Shown one piece after another: positions 20,803 through 29,718 of a DNA stretch of 64,000 nt. The notes beneath the pieces were generated by a model that was not told the origin of the DNA, did no database searches, and saw only the letters and a program-made list of their open reading frames with translations. The DNA is from Lewinellaceae bacterium (lineage in GTDB: Bacteria > Bacteroidota > Bacteroidia > Chitinophagales > Saprospiraceae). The number at the start of each line of letters is the position of its first letter. Positions within the stretch are counted from its first letter, which is position 1. The DNA is taken from contig JADJYW010000029.1 of assembly GCA_016719605.1 (NCBI GenBank), positions 260,612-324,611 of the forward strand, in the 5' to 3' direction. The position numbers and the translations under genes are program-made.

Positions 20803-20835
20803 TTTGTTATTTCTCCAAGTGGACGCCTATCTTTG
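20803..20835 (+). promoter_or_regulatory. Bacteroidota-type promoter candidate (-33 TTTG / -7 TAnnTTTG) upstream of the tRNA pair
   Basis: TTTG at 20803-20806 and TATCTTTG at 20828-20835 are separated by 21 nt, about 75 nt upstream of tRNA-Thr. The motif is taken from the published Bacteroides sigma-AB consensus. Confidence 0.35.
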
Positions 20836-20910
20836 CCGCCGCTTTTAACGAAAAGCCGCTCGGAGAGAAGTTCTGGTACAAAAATTGCCTTCTTCCGTGC
20901 AAGTACAACA

Positions 20911-20982
20911 GCCGGATTAGACCAGCGGTAGAGCAGCCGATTCGTAATCAGCAGGTCGAGGGTTCAAATCCCTTGTCCGGCT
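20911..20982 (+). tRNA. tRNA-Thr (anticodon CGU) with three stem mismatches
   Basis: Hand-folded cloverleaf. The acceptor stem gccggat/gtccggc and T arm gaggg-ttcaaat-ccctt are intact. The anticodon loop is ttCGTaa. The D stem gacc/gagc has two mismatches and the anticodon stem gccga/tcagc has one C-A mismatch. Confidence 0.65.
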
Positions 20983-20989
20983 CAGGCAG

Positions 20990-21058
20990 GTTTGAGTTTA
21001 GAGTTTGGGTTTTGAGTTGCACAGGTCAACTCCAAACTCTAAACCCAAAACTCAAAAC
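20990..21058. repeat. heptamer microsatellite in inverted orientation (imperfect hairpin) in the tRNA-Thr/tRNA-Pro spacer
   Basis: The sequence gtttgagtttagagtttgggttttgagttg cacaggt caactccaaactctaaacccaaaactcaaaac is read directly. Confidence 0.8.
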
Positions 21059-21067
21059 TGTCAAGTG

Positions 21068-21144
21068 CGGGATGTAGCGCAGCCCGATAGCGCGCGTCGT
21101 TCGGGACGACGAGGTCCCAGGTTCGAATCCTGGTATCCCGACCA
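21068..21144 (+). tRNA. tRNA-Pro (anticodon CGG), CCA encoded
   Basis: Hand-folded with all stems intact: acceptor cgggatg/tatcccg, D stem gcgc/gcgc, anticodon stem cgtcg/cgacg with loop ttCGGga, T arm ccagg-ttcgaat-cctgg, and 3-prime acca. Confidence 0.88.
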
Positions 21145-21145
21145 A

Positions 21146-21182
21146 AAGCAACCATTCGATTTTCGGGTGGTTGCTTTTTTTT
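21146..21182 (+). terminator. rho-independent terminator after tRNA-Pro
   Basis: Stem aagcaacca / tggttgctt is followed by a T-run (21175-21182). Confidence 0.7.
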
Positions 21183-21188
21183 GGCAGA

Positions 21189-21713
21189 TTAGCCATTTTT
21201 AAACCCGATCCGCGGGCGGTTCTGCCATGCGTTTGGCTCTTCGTCCTGCGGCGCCAATTGAGTAAGCGCCTCGTGGATGTCGGCTATTTCCAGATCATAT
21301 TTGGCTTCCAGTTCGGCTATTTTTTGTGACAATTCGGCATAGGTACGGGCGTAGTTCCGCAAGGCGACGAAGGCTCGCATGATAGCAATGTTCGTATAGA
21401 CAGCCTTGGGGCTACGCAGTACCCCCGACAACATGGCTACACCTTGTTCGGTAAAACAATACGGTAAATAGATTTTGCTGCGGAATTTTTTGGAGGGGGT
21501 CACAAATTGTGACCCCCTTCCATCTCGTATTGAAAACCACTCCTCCGTGGTCAATTGAAACATAAAATCATCCGGAAACCGTTCGTGGTTGCGTTTGACA
21601 GTCTGGTTTAGCACTTTTGTTTCCACACCATACAGTTCCGCCAAATCAACATCCAGCAGCACCCGAACGCCGCGGATTTCGTGAATTTTCTGTTGAATGA
21701 TTTGCAACTCCAT
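21189..21713 (-). CDS. ORF6N-domain protein (KilA-N/antirepressor-related)
   Basis: The N-terminus IHEIRGVRVLLDVDLAELYGVETKVLNQTVKRNHERFPDDFMFQLT matches the ORF6N-family pattern as I remember it. Confidence 0.7.
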   Translation of the reverse strand: MELQIIQQKIHEIRGVRVLLDVDLAELYGVETKVLNQTVKRNHERFPDDFMFQLTTEEWFSIRDGRGSQFVTPSKKFRSKIYLPYCFTEQGVAMLSGVLRSPKAVYTNIAIMRAFVALRNYARTYAELSQKIAELEAKYDLEIADIHEALTQLAPQDEEPNAWQNRPRIGFKNG

Positions 21714-21815
21714 GAAGCCCGATTCAGTTGTACCTTGAGTACAAGCACAAGGTCCAACTACCGGCCTGTTCAGTAGTCAAATTCAACCCGACAACAACAC
21801 ATTTTTATAAATCAG

Positions 21816-22211
21816 ATGGAAATCAATATCCAGACTCCCGCCCTGCTTTTCCCGGCTATCTCCCTGCTGATGCTGGCCTACACCAACAAGTTTTTGGCCA
21901 TAGCCAACCTGATCCGAAAACTCTATTCCGACTACGAGAAGAACCAGCACATCAGCCTCATTGCACAAATTTCCAACCTGCGCCGCCGGCTCATGCTCAT
22001 CCGCTGGATGCAGGTAGGCGGTGTGGCAAGTATCCTCTGTTGCGTGGTCACGATGTTCCTCATTTACGAGGGCTTCCAGATGTGGGCCAAAATACTTTTT
22101 GCCCTGAGCCTGCTGCTCATGATCGCTTCGCTGGTCGTCAGCCTGGTCGAACTGTTCCTCTCCGCCGGCGCGCTACGCCTCCTCCTGCGCGATCTGGAGG
22201 AAAAAATGTGA
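21816..22211 (+). CDS. DUF2721-like small membrane protein
   Basis: 131 aa with three hydrophobic helices and the motif ISNLRRRLMLIRWMQ between them. It resembles DUF2721 (from memory). Confidence 0.55.
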   Translation: MEINIQTPALLFPAISLLMLAYTNKFLAIANLIRKLYSDYEKNQHISLIAQISNLRRRLMLIRWMQVGGVASILCCVVTMFLIYEGFQMWAKILFALSLLLMIASLVVSLVELFLSAGALRLLLRDLEEKM

Positions 22212-22397
22212 CCCCACTCCCTGTTTTCCCCCACTCAGAGGCTATTTGAATTTTAGTTGCTGGGCTACGGCCGGCCAATTCTGCTGCTGTTTTCGTTAAA
22301 ATTTTTGCCGTAGGCGCCTGGCTATGGCTGCAAATTTTGCCTCAACAACAACAAAATTGGCTCGCCCTCGCCTCAGCACTAAAACTCAAATAGCCAC

Positions 22398-23804
22398 TCA
22401 GGGCAGCAGGAGCAATTGCTCCACCCACACCCGCGCAGCGGTTTGCACCCGCACGGCATACCAGCCCGGCTGGAGCCTGTCGGTATCGAGCCGTATCTGC
22501 TGCTCCACCTGGATTGATCCGCCAGCCGGCTCAATCCTTTGCACGATACGCCCGTCGGCGCCGATCAAATCAATGACACCGGACTGCCACTGACCGGGCA
22601 ACACTAAGCGAGCAAGACCCGCGCGGGCAGGATTGGGATACAGCCGAGGCATCTCCGCCCCGATAACCGTCAGCGGTGCGGCACTGGTTTGCACTAAACT
22701 TTTGCGCGGACCAGCCAACACGCTCTGGATATGCGCCGCCTGCCCCTGAGAAAACATATTCATGCAGTCCTCACTGGAATAGTCCATGTAGTTTTCCACC
22801 AGATCGGGCATATCCATGCCGTAGTGCGGCTCCATCTTGTTGCAGGAATTGCGGGTTTTGTCGCAATCAAACGCCGACTGGGCACCGGCAAACGGAGTAT
22901 CGTCTATGCCGTCGCTTTGGTTGCAGTCGTTGGGCAGGCCGAGGACGCCGCCGTCGCCCCAGATGTGGCGCAGGCCGAGGTAGTGGCCTATTTCATGGGT
23001 GGCGGTACGTCCGCGAATGGTGAGATTGCCGCCGCTGCCGTCGGGGTTTTCTACGAGGTTGGGGTTGTTGCGCCCAATGGTGCGGAAATCGAGCACCACA
23101 CCGTCTTGTTCGAGGGTCGGCGCGCCGCTGTCGGCGGGCCAGTTGCCGAGGTTGTTGGGCGGGAAAGCGAAGCCGAGTACCTGACCGAGCGTAAGGCCGC
23201 CGAACGTGAGAGGCTGGATTTTGCACACCCAGAGGTTCAGGTACTGAGCGGGGTCCCGGGCATCGCTGCCGCCCTGGCTGCCGGTTTTCAGGTTGAGCAA
23301 CAGATCGCTACCCAGCAGGCTGAGTTCAAAATTAGCCGTCGTTTGTACCCGCACGATTTCGGCAAGTTCAAACGTGACTTGCGGGTTGCCGGCGGCCGGT
23401 TTGAATATATCCCGAAGGTTGGCGGTGTCGGCATTTTGGCGGTTGTAGTCCTCGTTCAGGCCGGCGATCTGGTCGAGGATAATGCTGTCGGCCAGATTTT
23501 CCTCCGGGTTTTTCCAGACGACATGGACCACGACACGGATAGTCACCGGGGAGCGGTCGGCTGCCGCTACCGGCCGGTTTTGACTTTCCTCAAACGTGGC
23601 CCGGAAGGCCCGGTGCAAATCAGGGTACCGGTTTTTTACGATGTGGTCGAATACCTCGTTGCCGCAGAGGATCGGCAGTGATTCGGTTTTTTGGCCGGAA
23701 ATAGCATTTATCCCAAAAAGCAGTACCGGCAGCACCAGGGCATACCGGGCAAAATTCGAGGAACAGCAACACTGGAGACGGGAGAACAGGCGCATTTTGG
23801 ACAT
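22398..23804 (-). CDS. M43-family zinc metalloprotease with T9SS C-terminal sorting domain
   Basis: HEIGHYLGLRHIWGDG zinc site with downstream DCNQSDGIDDTP and MDYS. The C-terminal ~80 aa (LYPNPA...GWYAVRV...) are typical of a Por/T9SS tail. ATG 23804 (MSKMRLF) was chosen inside track ORF 22398..24056. Confidence 0.75.
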   Translation of the reverse strand: MSKMRLFSRLQCCCSSNFARYALVLPVLLFGINAISGQKTESLPILCGNEVFDHIVKNRYPDLHRAFRATFEESQNRPVAAADRSPVTIRVVVHVVWKNPEENLADSIILDQIAGLNEDYNRQNADTANLRDIFKPAAGNPQVTFELAEIVRVQTTANFELSLLGSDLLLNLKTGSQGGSDARDPAQYLNLWVCKIQPLTFGGLTLGQVLGFAFPPNNLGNWPADSGAPTLEQDGVVLDFRTIGRNNPNLVENPDGSGGNLTIRGRTATHEIGHYLGLRHIWGDGGVLGLPNDCNQSDGIDDTPFAGAQSAFDCDKTRNSCNKMEPHYGMDMPDLVENYMDYSSEDCMNMFSQGQAAHIQSVLAGPRKSLVQTSAAPLTVIGAEMPRLYPNPARAGLARLVLPGQWQSGVIDLIGADGRIVQRIEPAGGSIQVEQQIRLDTDRLQPGWYAVRVQTAARVWVEQLLLLP

Positions 23805-23934
23805 GGTCAGAGCGTTTTTTCGTTGTTTTTTGAAAATAAGTACCGGAAGAGCAGGGCAAAATACGGAAAGTTGGAATTTGACCAATAGGCCGTCGTTCCG
23901 GTGCCTACTTTTGCCCGCCACACAAATTGATTCT

Positions 23935-25593
23935 ATGAAAAAAACGATTCTTGCCCAAGGCCTGCTTTGCCTCCTGGTGGTGCTGACAACCCCGCCCACC
24001 GGTTTTGCACAACAACAAACTTTCACCCTTGACGACACCCTGCGCGGCAGTATCACCGCCGAACGCGCCTGGTGGGACCTCGGGTATTACGACCTGCGGG
24101 TCAATGTGGATGCCGAAAATAAAAGCATTTCCGGCAGCAATGCCGTGCACTATCGCGTGTTGAAACCCGGCCAAACCCTGCAAATTGACCTGCAGCCGCC
24201 TCTGCGCATCGAGCGGGCGGAGCAGGACGGACAAGCGCTCGACGTGCGCCGGATGGGCGCCAATGCGTATTTTATTGATTTGAAAAAAGAACAAAAAACC
24301 GGCGCCCGCGAGGCGCTCACGGTGTGGTATTCCGGCAAACCCCGCAAGGCGCGCAATGCACCGTGGGATGGCGGGTTCAGCTGGTCGAAGGACGCCCAGG
24401 GCCGCCCCTTCGTGGCCACATCCTGCCAGGGCCTCGGCGCCAGTGTATGGTGGCCTTGCAAAGACCACGCCTACGACGAACCGGACTCCCAGACTGTGTC
24501 CATCACCGTGCGGGAGCCGCTCATGGACGTGTCCAACGGCCGCCTGCGCCGGGTGACAGACAACGGCGACGGCACACGCACCTTCGAGTGGCATGTGTCC
24601 AACCCGATCAACAACTACGGCGTGAACATCAATATGGCCGTTTACGAACATTTTGCCGACACATTTATGGGCGAAAAGGGCCTGCTCACGCTGGACTACT
24701 ACGTCCTGCCCGAAAACCTCGACAAAGCCAAAGAGCAGTTCCAGCAGGTAAAAGGTATGCTGCGGGCATTCGAGTACTGGTTCGGGCCGTACCCGTTTTA
24801 CGAAGACGGCTACAAACTCGTAGAGGTACCCTATCTCGGCATGGAGCACCAGAGTTCGGTAACCTACGGCAATAAATACATGAACGGCTACCTTGGCCGC
24901 GACCTGTCGGGCACCGGCTGGGGCAAAAAATGGGACTTCATTATCATCCACGAGTCAGGGCACGAGTGGTTTGCCAACAACATCACCTACCGCGACATCG
25001 CGGATATGTGGGTACACGAGAGTTTTACCAATTACAGCGAGGGACTGTACACGGAATACCATTTCGGCAAGGATGCCGGCGCCGCATACATCCGGGGGCT
25101 GCGTTCGGGCATTCGCAACCGGCAGCCCATCGTAGGCGTGTACGATGTGAACTCGGAAGGCTCCGGCGATATGTACAACAAAGGCGGCAACATGCTGCAC
25201 ACCATTCGCCAGATCGTGGACGACGATGAAAAATGGCTCGCTATCCTGCGCGGCCTGAACCGCGACTTTTACCACCAAACCGTAGACGGCGCACAAGTGG
25301 AGGCGTACATCAGCCGGCACTCGGGCAAGAACCTGCAAAAAACCTTTGACCAGTACTTGCGCCAAATCAATATCCCCGTACTGGAGTACCGCCTGAAAAA
25401 AGGAAAACTGGAGTACCGCTGGAACGACTGCGTACCGGGTTTCGACATGCCGGTAAAGGTGACGCTGGCGCCCGACCGGTTCGAGTTTATTTACCCGACA
25501 CCGGAGTGGAAAACCACCCCCGCCAAACGCCTGAAGAAAAAGAATTTTCGGGTGGATGAGAATTTTTATGTACTGGTGCAGGAGGTGCGGTAA
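23935..25593 (+). CDS. M1-family metallopeptidase (secreted)
   Basis: Signal peptide MKKTILAQGLLCLLVVL, motifs GMEHQS and HESGHEWFANNIT ... WVHESFTNYSE (HExxH-18-E). ATG 23935 lies inside track ORF 23596..25593. Confidence 0.8.
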   Translation: MKKTILAQGLLCLLVVLTTPPTGFAQQQTFTLDDTLRGSITAERAWWDLGYYDLRVNVDAENKSISGSNAVHYRVLKPGQTLQIDLQPPLRIERAEQDGQALDVRRMGANAYFIDLKKEQKTGAREALTVWYSGKPRKARNAPWDGGFSWSKDAQGRPFVATSCQGLGASVWWPCKDHAYDEPDSQTVSITVREPLMDVSNGRLRRVTDNGDGTRTFEWHVSNPINNYGVNINMAVYEHFADTFMGEKGLLTLDYYVLPENLDKAKEQFQQVKGMLRAFEYWFGPYPFYEDGYKLVEVPYLGMEHQSSVTYGNKYMNGYLGRDLSGTGWGKKWDFIIIHESGHEWFANNITYRDIADMWVHESFTNYSEGLYTEYHFGKDAGAAYIRGLRSGIRNRQPIVGVYDVNSEGSGDMYNKGGNMLHTIRQIVDDDEKWLAILRGLNRDFYHQTVDGAQVEAYISRHSGKNLQKTFDQYLRQINIPVLEYRLKKGKLEYRWNDCVPGFDMPVKVTLAPDRFEFIYPTPEWKTTPAKRLKKKNFRVDENFYVLVQEVR

Positions 25594-25647
25594 CTACACC
25601 AAAATGTGGCCGGCTCATAAGTCACCCACCCGAAAAACGGCTCGCTT

Positions 25648-26319
25648 TTAGTTTAACTTGTCCAAATCCCGGATCAGAATCGAGTTCCGGTTGAAGTGGA
25701 TGAGGTTTGACTTGCGCAGTTCGTTCAGAATCGCCGTTACCGTTTGGCGGCTGGCGCCTACGAGGTTGGCGATGTCCTGCTGGGTGAGACCGTGTTTGAC
25801 CAGCGTTTCATAACCGACCTGACGACCACGGGCACCGGCACTTTCTTTCAAAAACTCCACGATACGGGTGCGCACATCTTTCAGAATGAGCGACTCCCAT
25901 TGGCGCTCCGCTTTGCGCAGGCGCTCGCCAATGGACAACATGATTGCCTGAGACAGATCGAAGTTGCGTTCGAGAAACGGTTTGAAATCGGCGACCCGGA
26001 TCACACAAAACTTGACATCCTGGTTCATGGCACTGGCAAATTCGGCGCGGCTCTTCTCCCCGGTCAGGCCCATTTCCCCAAACAAGGTGTGCGGGTGCTG
26101 GATACTCTTGATGATCTCGCGGCCATCCGGTGAATAAATGCCGATCTTGATCGTGCCCTGTACCAGCAGACAGAAGTAGTCGCTCGGCTCATCGGCTAAA
26201 TAAATGTAGCCGTGCTTGTACGCGGTGCGCAGCTCGGTTACACGAGCCAGCGCTTGTAGTTCGTCCGGTGAAAGGGCGGAAAGGATTGGGAATCGCTGTA
26301 GTACAGACAATACATCCAT
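25648..26319 (-). CDS. Crp/Fnr-family transcriptional regulator
   Basis: An N-terminal cNMP-binding-like domain (FGEMGLTGEKSRAEFASA) and a C-terminal HTH (LTQQDIANLVGASRQTVTAILNEL). Confidence 0.85.
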   Translation of the reverse strand: MDVLSVLQRFPILSALSPDELQALARVTELRTAYKHGYIYLADEPSDYFCLLVQGTIKIGIYSPDGREIIKSIQHPHTLFGEMGLTGEKSRAEFASAMNQDVKFCVIRVADFKPFLERNFDLSQAIMLSIGERLRKAERQWESLILKDVRTRIVEFLKESAGARGRQVGYETLVKHGLTQQDIANLVGASRQTVTAILNELRKSNLIHFNRNSILIRDLDKLN

Positions 26320-26506
26320 AGTAAAAAAGATTGTTGCGGATTAGAATGAAGATTGGTTTGCAAAGCGGGTAAACCAAGAATTATGCCAAGGGTGTGTTAA
26401 CACCGGTATTCCACTCTGAATTGAACATCAGGGTGTTACTTTTACCCGCCGGAAAAAACAAGCGTACCTTGCTGCGCTGTTTTTGAACTACCCAACTCGT
26501 GTTACT

Positions 26507-28633
26507 ATGCAGACAGTCAAAGCATTCTCGCTCCTCACCGATTTCGATATTGCCCTGTTCCAAAGCGGCAAGCACTTTCGGATGTATCAAAAATTGGGCA
26601 GCCACCCCGTCGAATGCGACGGAGAGCGGGGCGTCTACTTTGCGGTTTGGGCGCCTCATGCCCGGCAGGTATCGGTTACAGGCACGTTCAACGCCTGGAA
26701 CCCCAAGAGCCATGTACTCCTGCCCCGCTGGGACAAGAGCGGCATCTGGGAGGGGTTTATCCCCAACATCGGCAAAGGCACAGTTTACAAATACCACATC
26801 ACCATGCAAAACGGCAAGGGGCTCGACAAAGGCGACCCCTACGCCATCCGCTGGGAAACACCACCCGGTACAGCATCCATTGTGTGGGAACTCGGCGAAG
26901 ACTATACCTGGCAGGACGGCGCCTGGCTCGACAAGCGCCTCCGGCAAGCTGGCAAACCCCAACCCTGGTCCGTCTATGAAGTCCACCCCGGCTCCTGGAA
27001 AAAAATACCGGAAGACGGCAATCGTTCCCTCAACTTTCGGGAACTGGCCGACGATCTGGTGCCCTACGTCAAGGAAATGGGCTTTTCCCACATCGAGCTT
27101 ATGCCGGTCATGGAACACCCTTACTTCCCCTCTTGGGGCTACCAAATCACCGGTTTTTTCGCCCCGTCCGGCCGCTTTGGGCCACCTGAAGATTTTATGC
27201 ACTTCATAGACGCGTGCCACCAGGCCGAACTCGGTGTCATACTCGACTGGGTGCCGTCCCACTTTCCCGGCGACATCCACGGCCTGTACCTGTTCGACGG
27301 CTCCCACCTGTACGAGTACGCTGATATGCGCCGCGGGTACCACCCCGACTGGAATAGTTATGTATTCGACTACGGCCGCAACGAGGTACGCTCCTTCCTC
27401 ATTTCCAACGCCCTGTTTTGGCTCGACAAATACCATATTGACGGTTTGCGCGTGGATGCCGTAGCGTCCATGTTGTACCACGACTATTCCCGTAAGGAGG
27501 GCGAATGGATTCCCAACATCCACGGTGGCCGCGAAAACCTGGAGGCCATCTCTTTTCTGCGCGACTTCAACGAGGCCGCTTACAAAAACTACCCCGGCAT
27601 CGAGACTATAGCCGAGGAAAGCACCGCCTTTCCCGGTGTGAGCAAACCCATTTGGGAAGGCGGGCTGGGTTTTGGCCAAAAATGGATGATGGGCTGGATG
27701 CACGACGCGCTGAACTACTTCAAACGCCCGCCTGTGTTCCGCCGCTGGCACCAGAGCGAGATTACTTTTTCTATGGTCTATGCCTTCTCCGAACGCTTCA
27801 TGCTGCCGCTCAGCCACGACGAGGTGGTGCACATGAAGGCATCGCTGCTCTACAAAATGCCGGGCAACGAGTGGGAAAAATTTGCCAACCTGCGCGCGCT
27901 TTTCGGTCACCAATGGACTCATCCCGGCTCCCACATCCTGTTCATGGGCGGCGAATTGGGGCAAACGACCGAGTGGAGCCACGACCGCGGCGTGGTTTGG
28001 GAACTCCTCCAGTACGACTACCACAAGGGCTGCCAGGAATGGGTCAGGGCACTCAACCAACTCTACCAAAAACACCCCGCACTCTGGTGGAATGCCTTCA
28101 CGCCCGAGGGCTACGAATGGATCAGCGGCGACGATACCGAAAACTGTGTGCTGGCCTACCTGCGCAAAGGCCGCTCCACCGATAAGGTGCTGCTGGTGGT
28201 TTGTCATTTCAAGCCGGGCGTGCTGGAAAACTACACCGTTGGTGTGCCCTACGGCGGCACCTGGCGCGAAGTCCTCAACAGCGACGACCCGCGCTTCGGG
28301 GGCAGTGGCACCGTCAACGGCGATCTGAAAGCAGAAAAAATAGCCTCGCACGGACACGAGCAGTCCATAACCCTGCAACTGGCATCATTGGCCGTGCAAA
28401 TTTTTGAAGGCGTGCATTTGCCAAAATCGAAGCCGCCGGCAACCAAAAAACAAGCCGGCAAATTACCTGCCGGCAAATTGCCAAAGGGGAAAAACAACCC
28501 GCCAAACGGGCAACGCCCGAATCGGTCAAATCCTGATGTGTATGCCGAACACCTGCTTGGGACATATTGCGTACATTTGCCGCCGATTTGCAATATCCCG
28601 TTTTTCTCATCATTCGCCCAGTTCTATCCCGGC
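26507..28633 (+). CDS. glgB: 1,4-alpha-glucan branching enzyme GlgB (no in-frame stop before lpxD as assembled)
   Basis: GH13 branching-enzyme motifs (GVILDWVPSHF, HIDGLRVDAVASMLY, IAEESTAFPGV, LPLSHDEVVH). Homology appears to end near 28410 (SITLQLASLAVQIFE), but the frame stays open through the intergenic hairpin into lpxD. ATG 26507 is preferred over TTG 26483. Confidence 0.85.
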
Positions 28634-29676
28634 ATGGACATCACGGCCGCACAACTTGCCCATTTGCTCAAAGGCACCCTGGAGGGTAACCCTGATGCTA
28701 CCGTCCGTCAGCCGGCACGCATCGAGGAAGCCCGGGAAGGGGACTTCGCATTTCTGGATAATCCGAAATACGAATCCTACGCCTATTCCACCAAGGCTTC
28801 TATCTTGCTGGTAAACAAAAACTTTCAGCCCACGCAGCCTGTTTCAGCTACCCTGATTCGCGTGGACGACGTGCGTACCAGTCTGGCATTTTTGCTGGAA
28901 AGGTTCAACGACATCGTATCGCCCAACGGCGCTCCCGCTCAGGTAGACGAAAAAGCCAGCGTACACCCCGATGTACAAATCGGTAACCAAAGTGCCATTG
29001 GCGCCTTCACGGTGGTTGAAGCGGGCGCCGTCATCGGCGACAACTGCAACATCTACCCGCAGGTGTTTATCGGCCGCAACGTGCACATTGGGAACAACTG
29101 CAAACTGTACCCGGGGTGCGCATACACCACAACTGCATCATCGGCGACAACTGCGTGCTGCATGCCAACGCCGTGATCGGCGCCGACGGCTTCGGCTTCG
29201 CGCCCCAGGAGGACAAATCCTGGAAAAAGGTACCCCACGTCGGCAATGTTGTTTTGGAAAACAATGTCGAAATTGGCGCCAACGCCTGTATTGACCGCGC
29301 TGCCCTCGGCAGCACTATCCTGCGCACCGGCGTCAAAATTGACAACCTCGTACACATCGCGCACAATGTGGAAGTGGGCAAAAACTCCGTAATGGCCGCT
29401 CAGGTCGGTGTAGCCGGCAGCACCAAAATCGGGGAAAACGTGCAACTCGGCGGCCAAACCGGTATTGCCGGCCACCTGACGATAGCCGACGGTACCCGCG
29501 TACAAGCCCAAAGCGGCATCGCCTCTTCTGTGCGCGAACCAAACCAGGCCTTGTTTGGTGCACCGGCAATTGACTACAACGACTATGTCCGCGCCTATGT
29601 CGTGTTCAAAAACTTGCCGGAACTTCAGAAAAAAGTGCGGACGCTGGAGCGGATTCTGAAAGAATTACAAGGTTAA
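28634..29676 (+). pseudogene. lpxD: UDP-3-O-acylglucosamine N-acyltransferase LpxD, one frameshift as assembled
   Basis: The N-terminal part (MDITAAQLAHLLKGTLEGNPDA...) and left-handed beta-helix hexapeptide repeats continue in ORF 29116..29676. The junction KLYPG|[11 protein letters not shown] needs one extra G in the G-run 29113-29116. Confidence 0.85.
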
Positions 29677-29718
29677 ACACAAGAGGCAAATTTGCAAGGA
29701 GCAACCTGACAGGTAAAA

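Noticed and set aside
21145-22260. A genomic island integrated at the 3-prime end of tRNA-Pro (ORF6N and DUF2721 genes)
   Set aside because: I saw no integrase or recombinase, no direct repeat of the tRNA 3-prime end in the following kilobases, and only two small genes. I cannot support an island call.
26394-26403. The 10-bp palindrome GTGTTAACAC between the Crp/Fnr-family gene and glgB as a regulator binding site
   Set aside because: It is a single short palindrome that matches neither the TGTGA-N6-TCACA nor the TTGAT-N4-ATCAA consensus, so chance occurrence cannot be excluded.
26381-28378. 665-aa ORF antisense to glgB, and similar long antisense ORFs (e.g. 381-1217, 1605-2651, 5576-6604, 10448-11512, 23905-24951, 30043-31557, 32642-33616, 34381-35334, 37233-38468, 43500-44549, 45359-46432, 47912-48946, 49678-50859, 55445-56671, 58209-59261, 63415-63990)
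   Set aside because: Each fully overlaps a gene with clear family motifs on the other strand. Their translations are Gly/Ala/Val/Arg/His-rich with no motifs, as is typical for shadow ORFs in G+C-rich DNA.
26507-29676. A genuine bifunctional GlgB-LpxD fusion protein
   Set aside because: The connecting ~75 codons are low-complexity and contain a terminator-like hairpin. lpxD has its own ATG and N-terminus, and the two functions are unrelated. A lost or hidden stop is more plausible.
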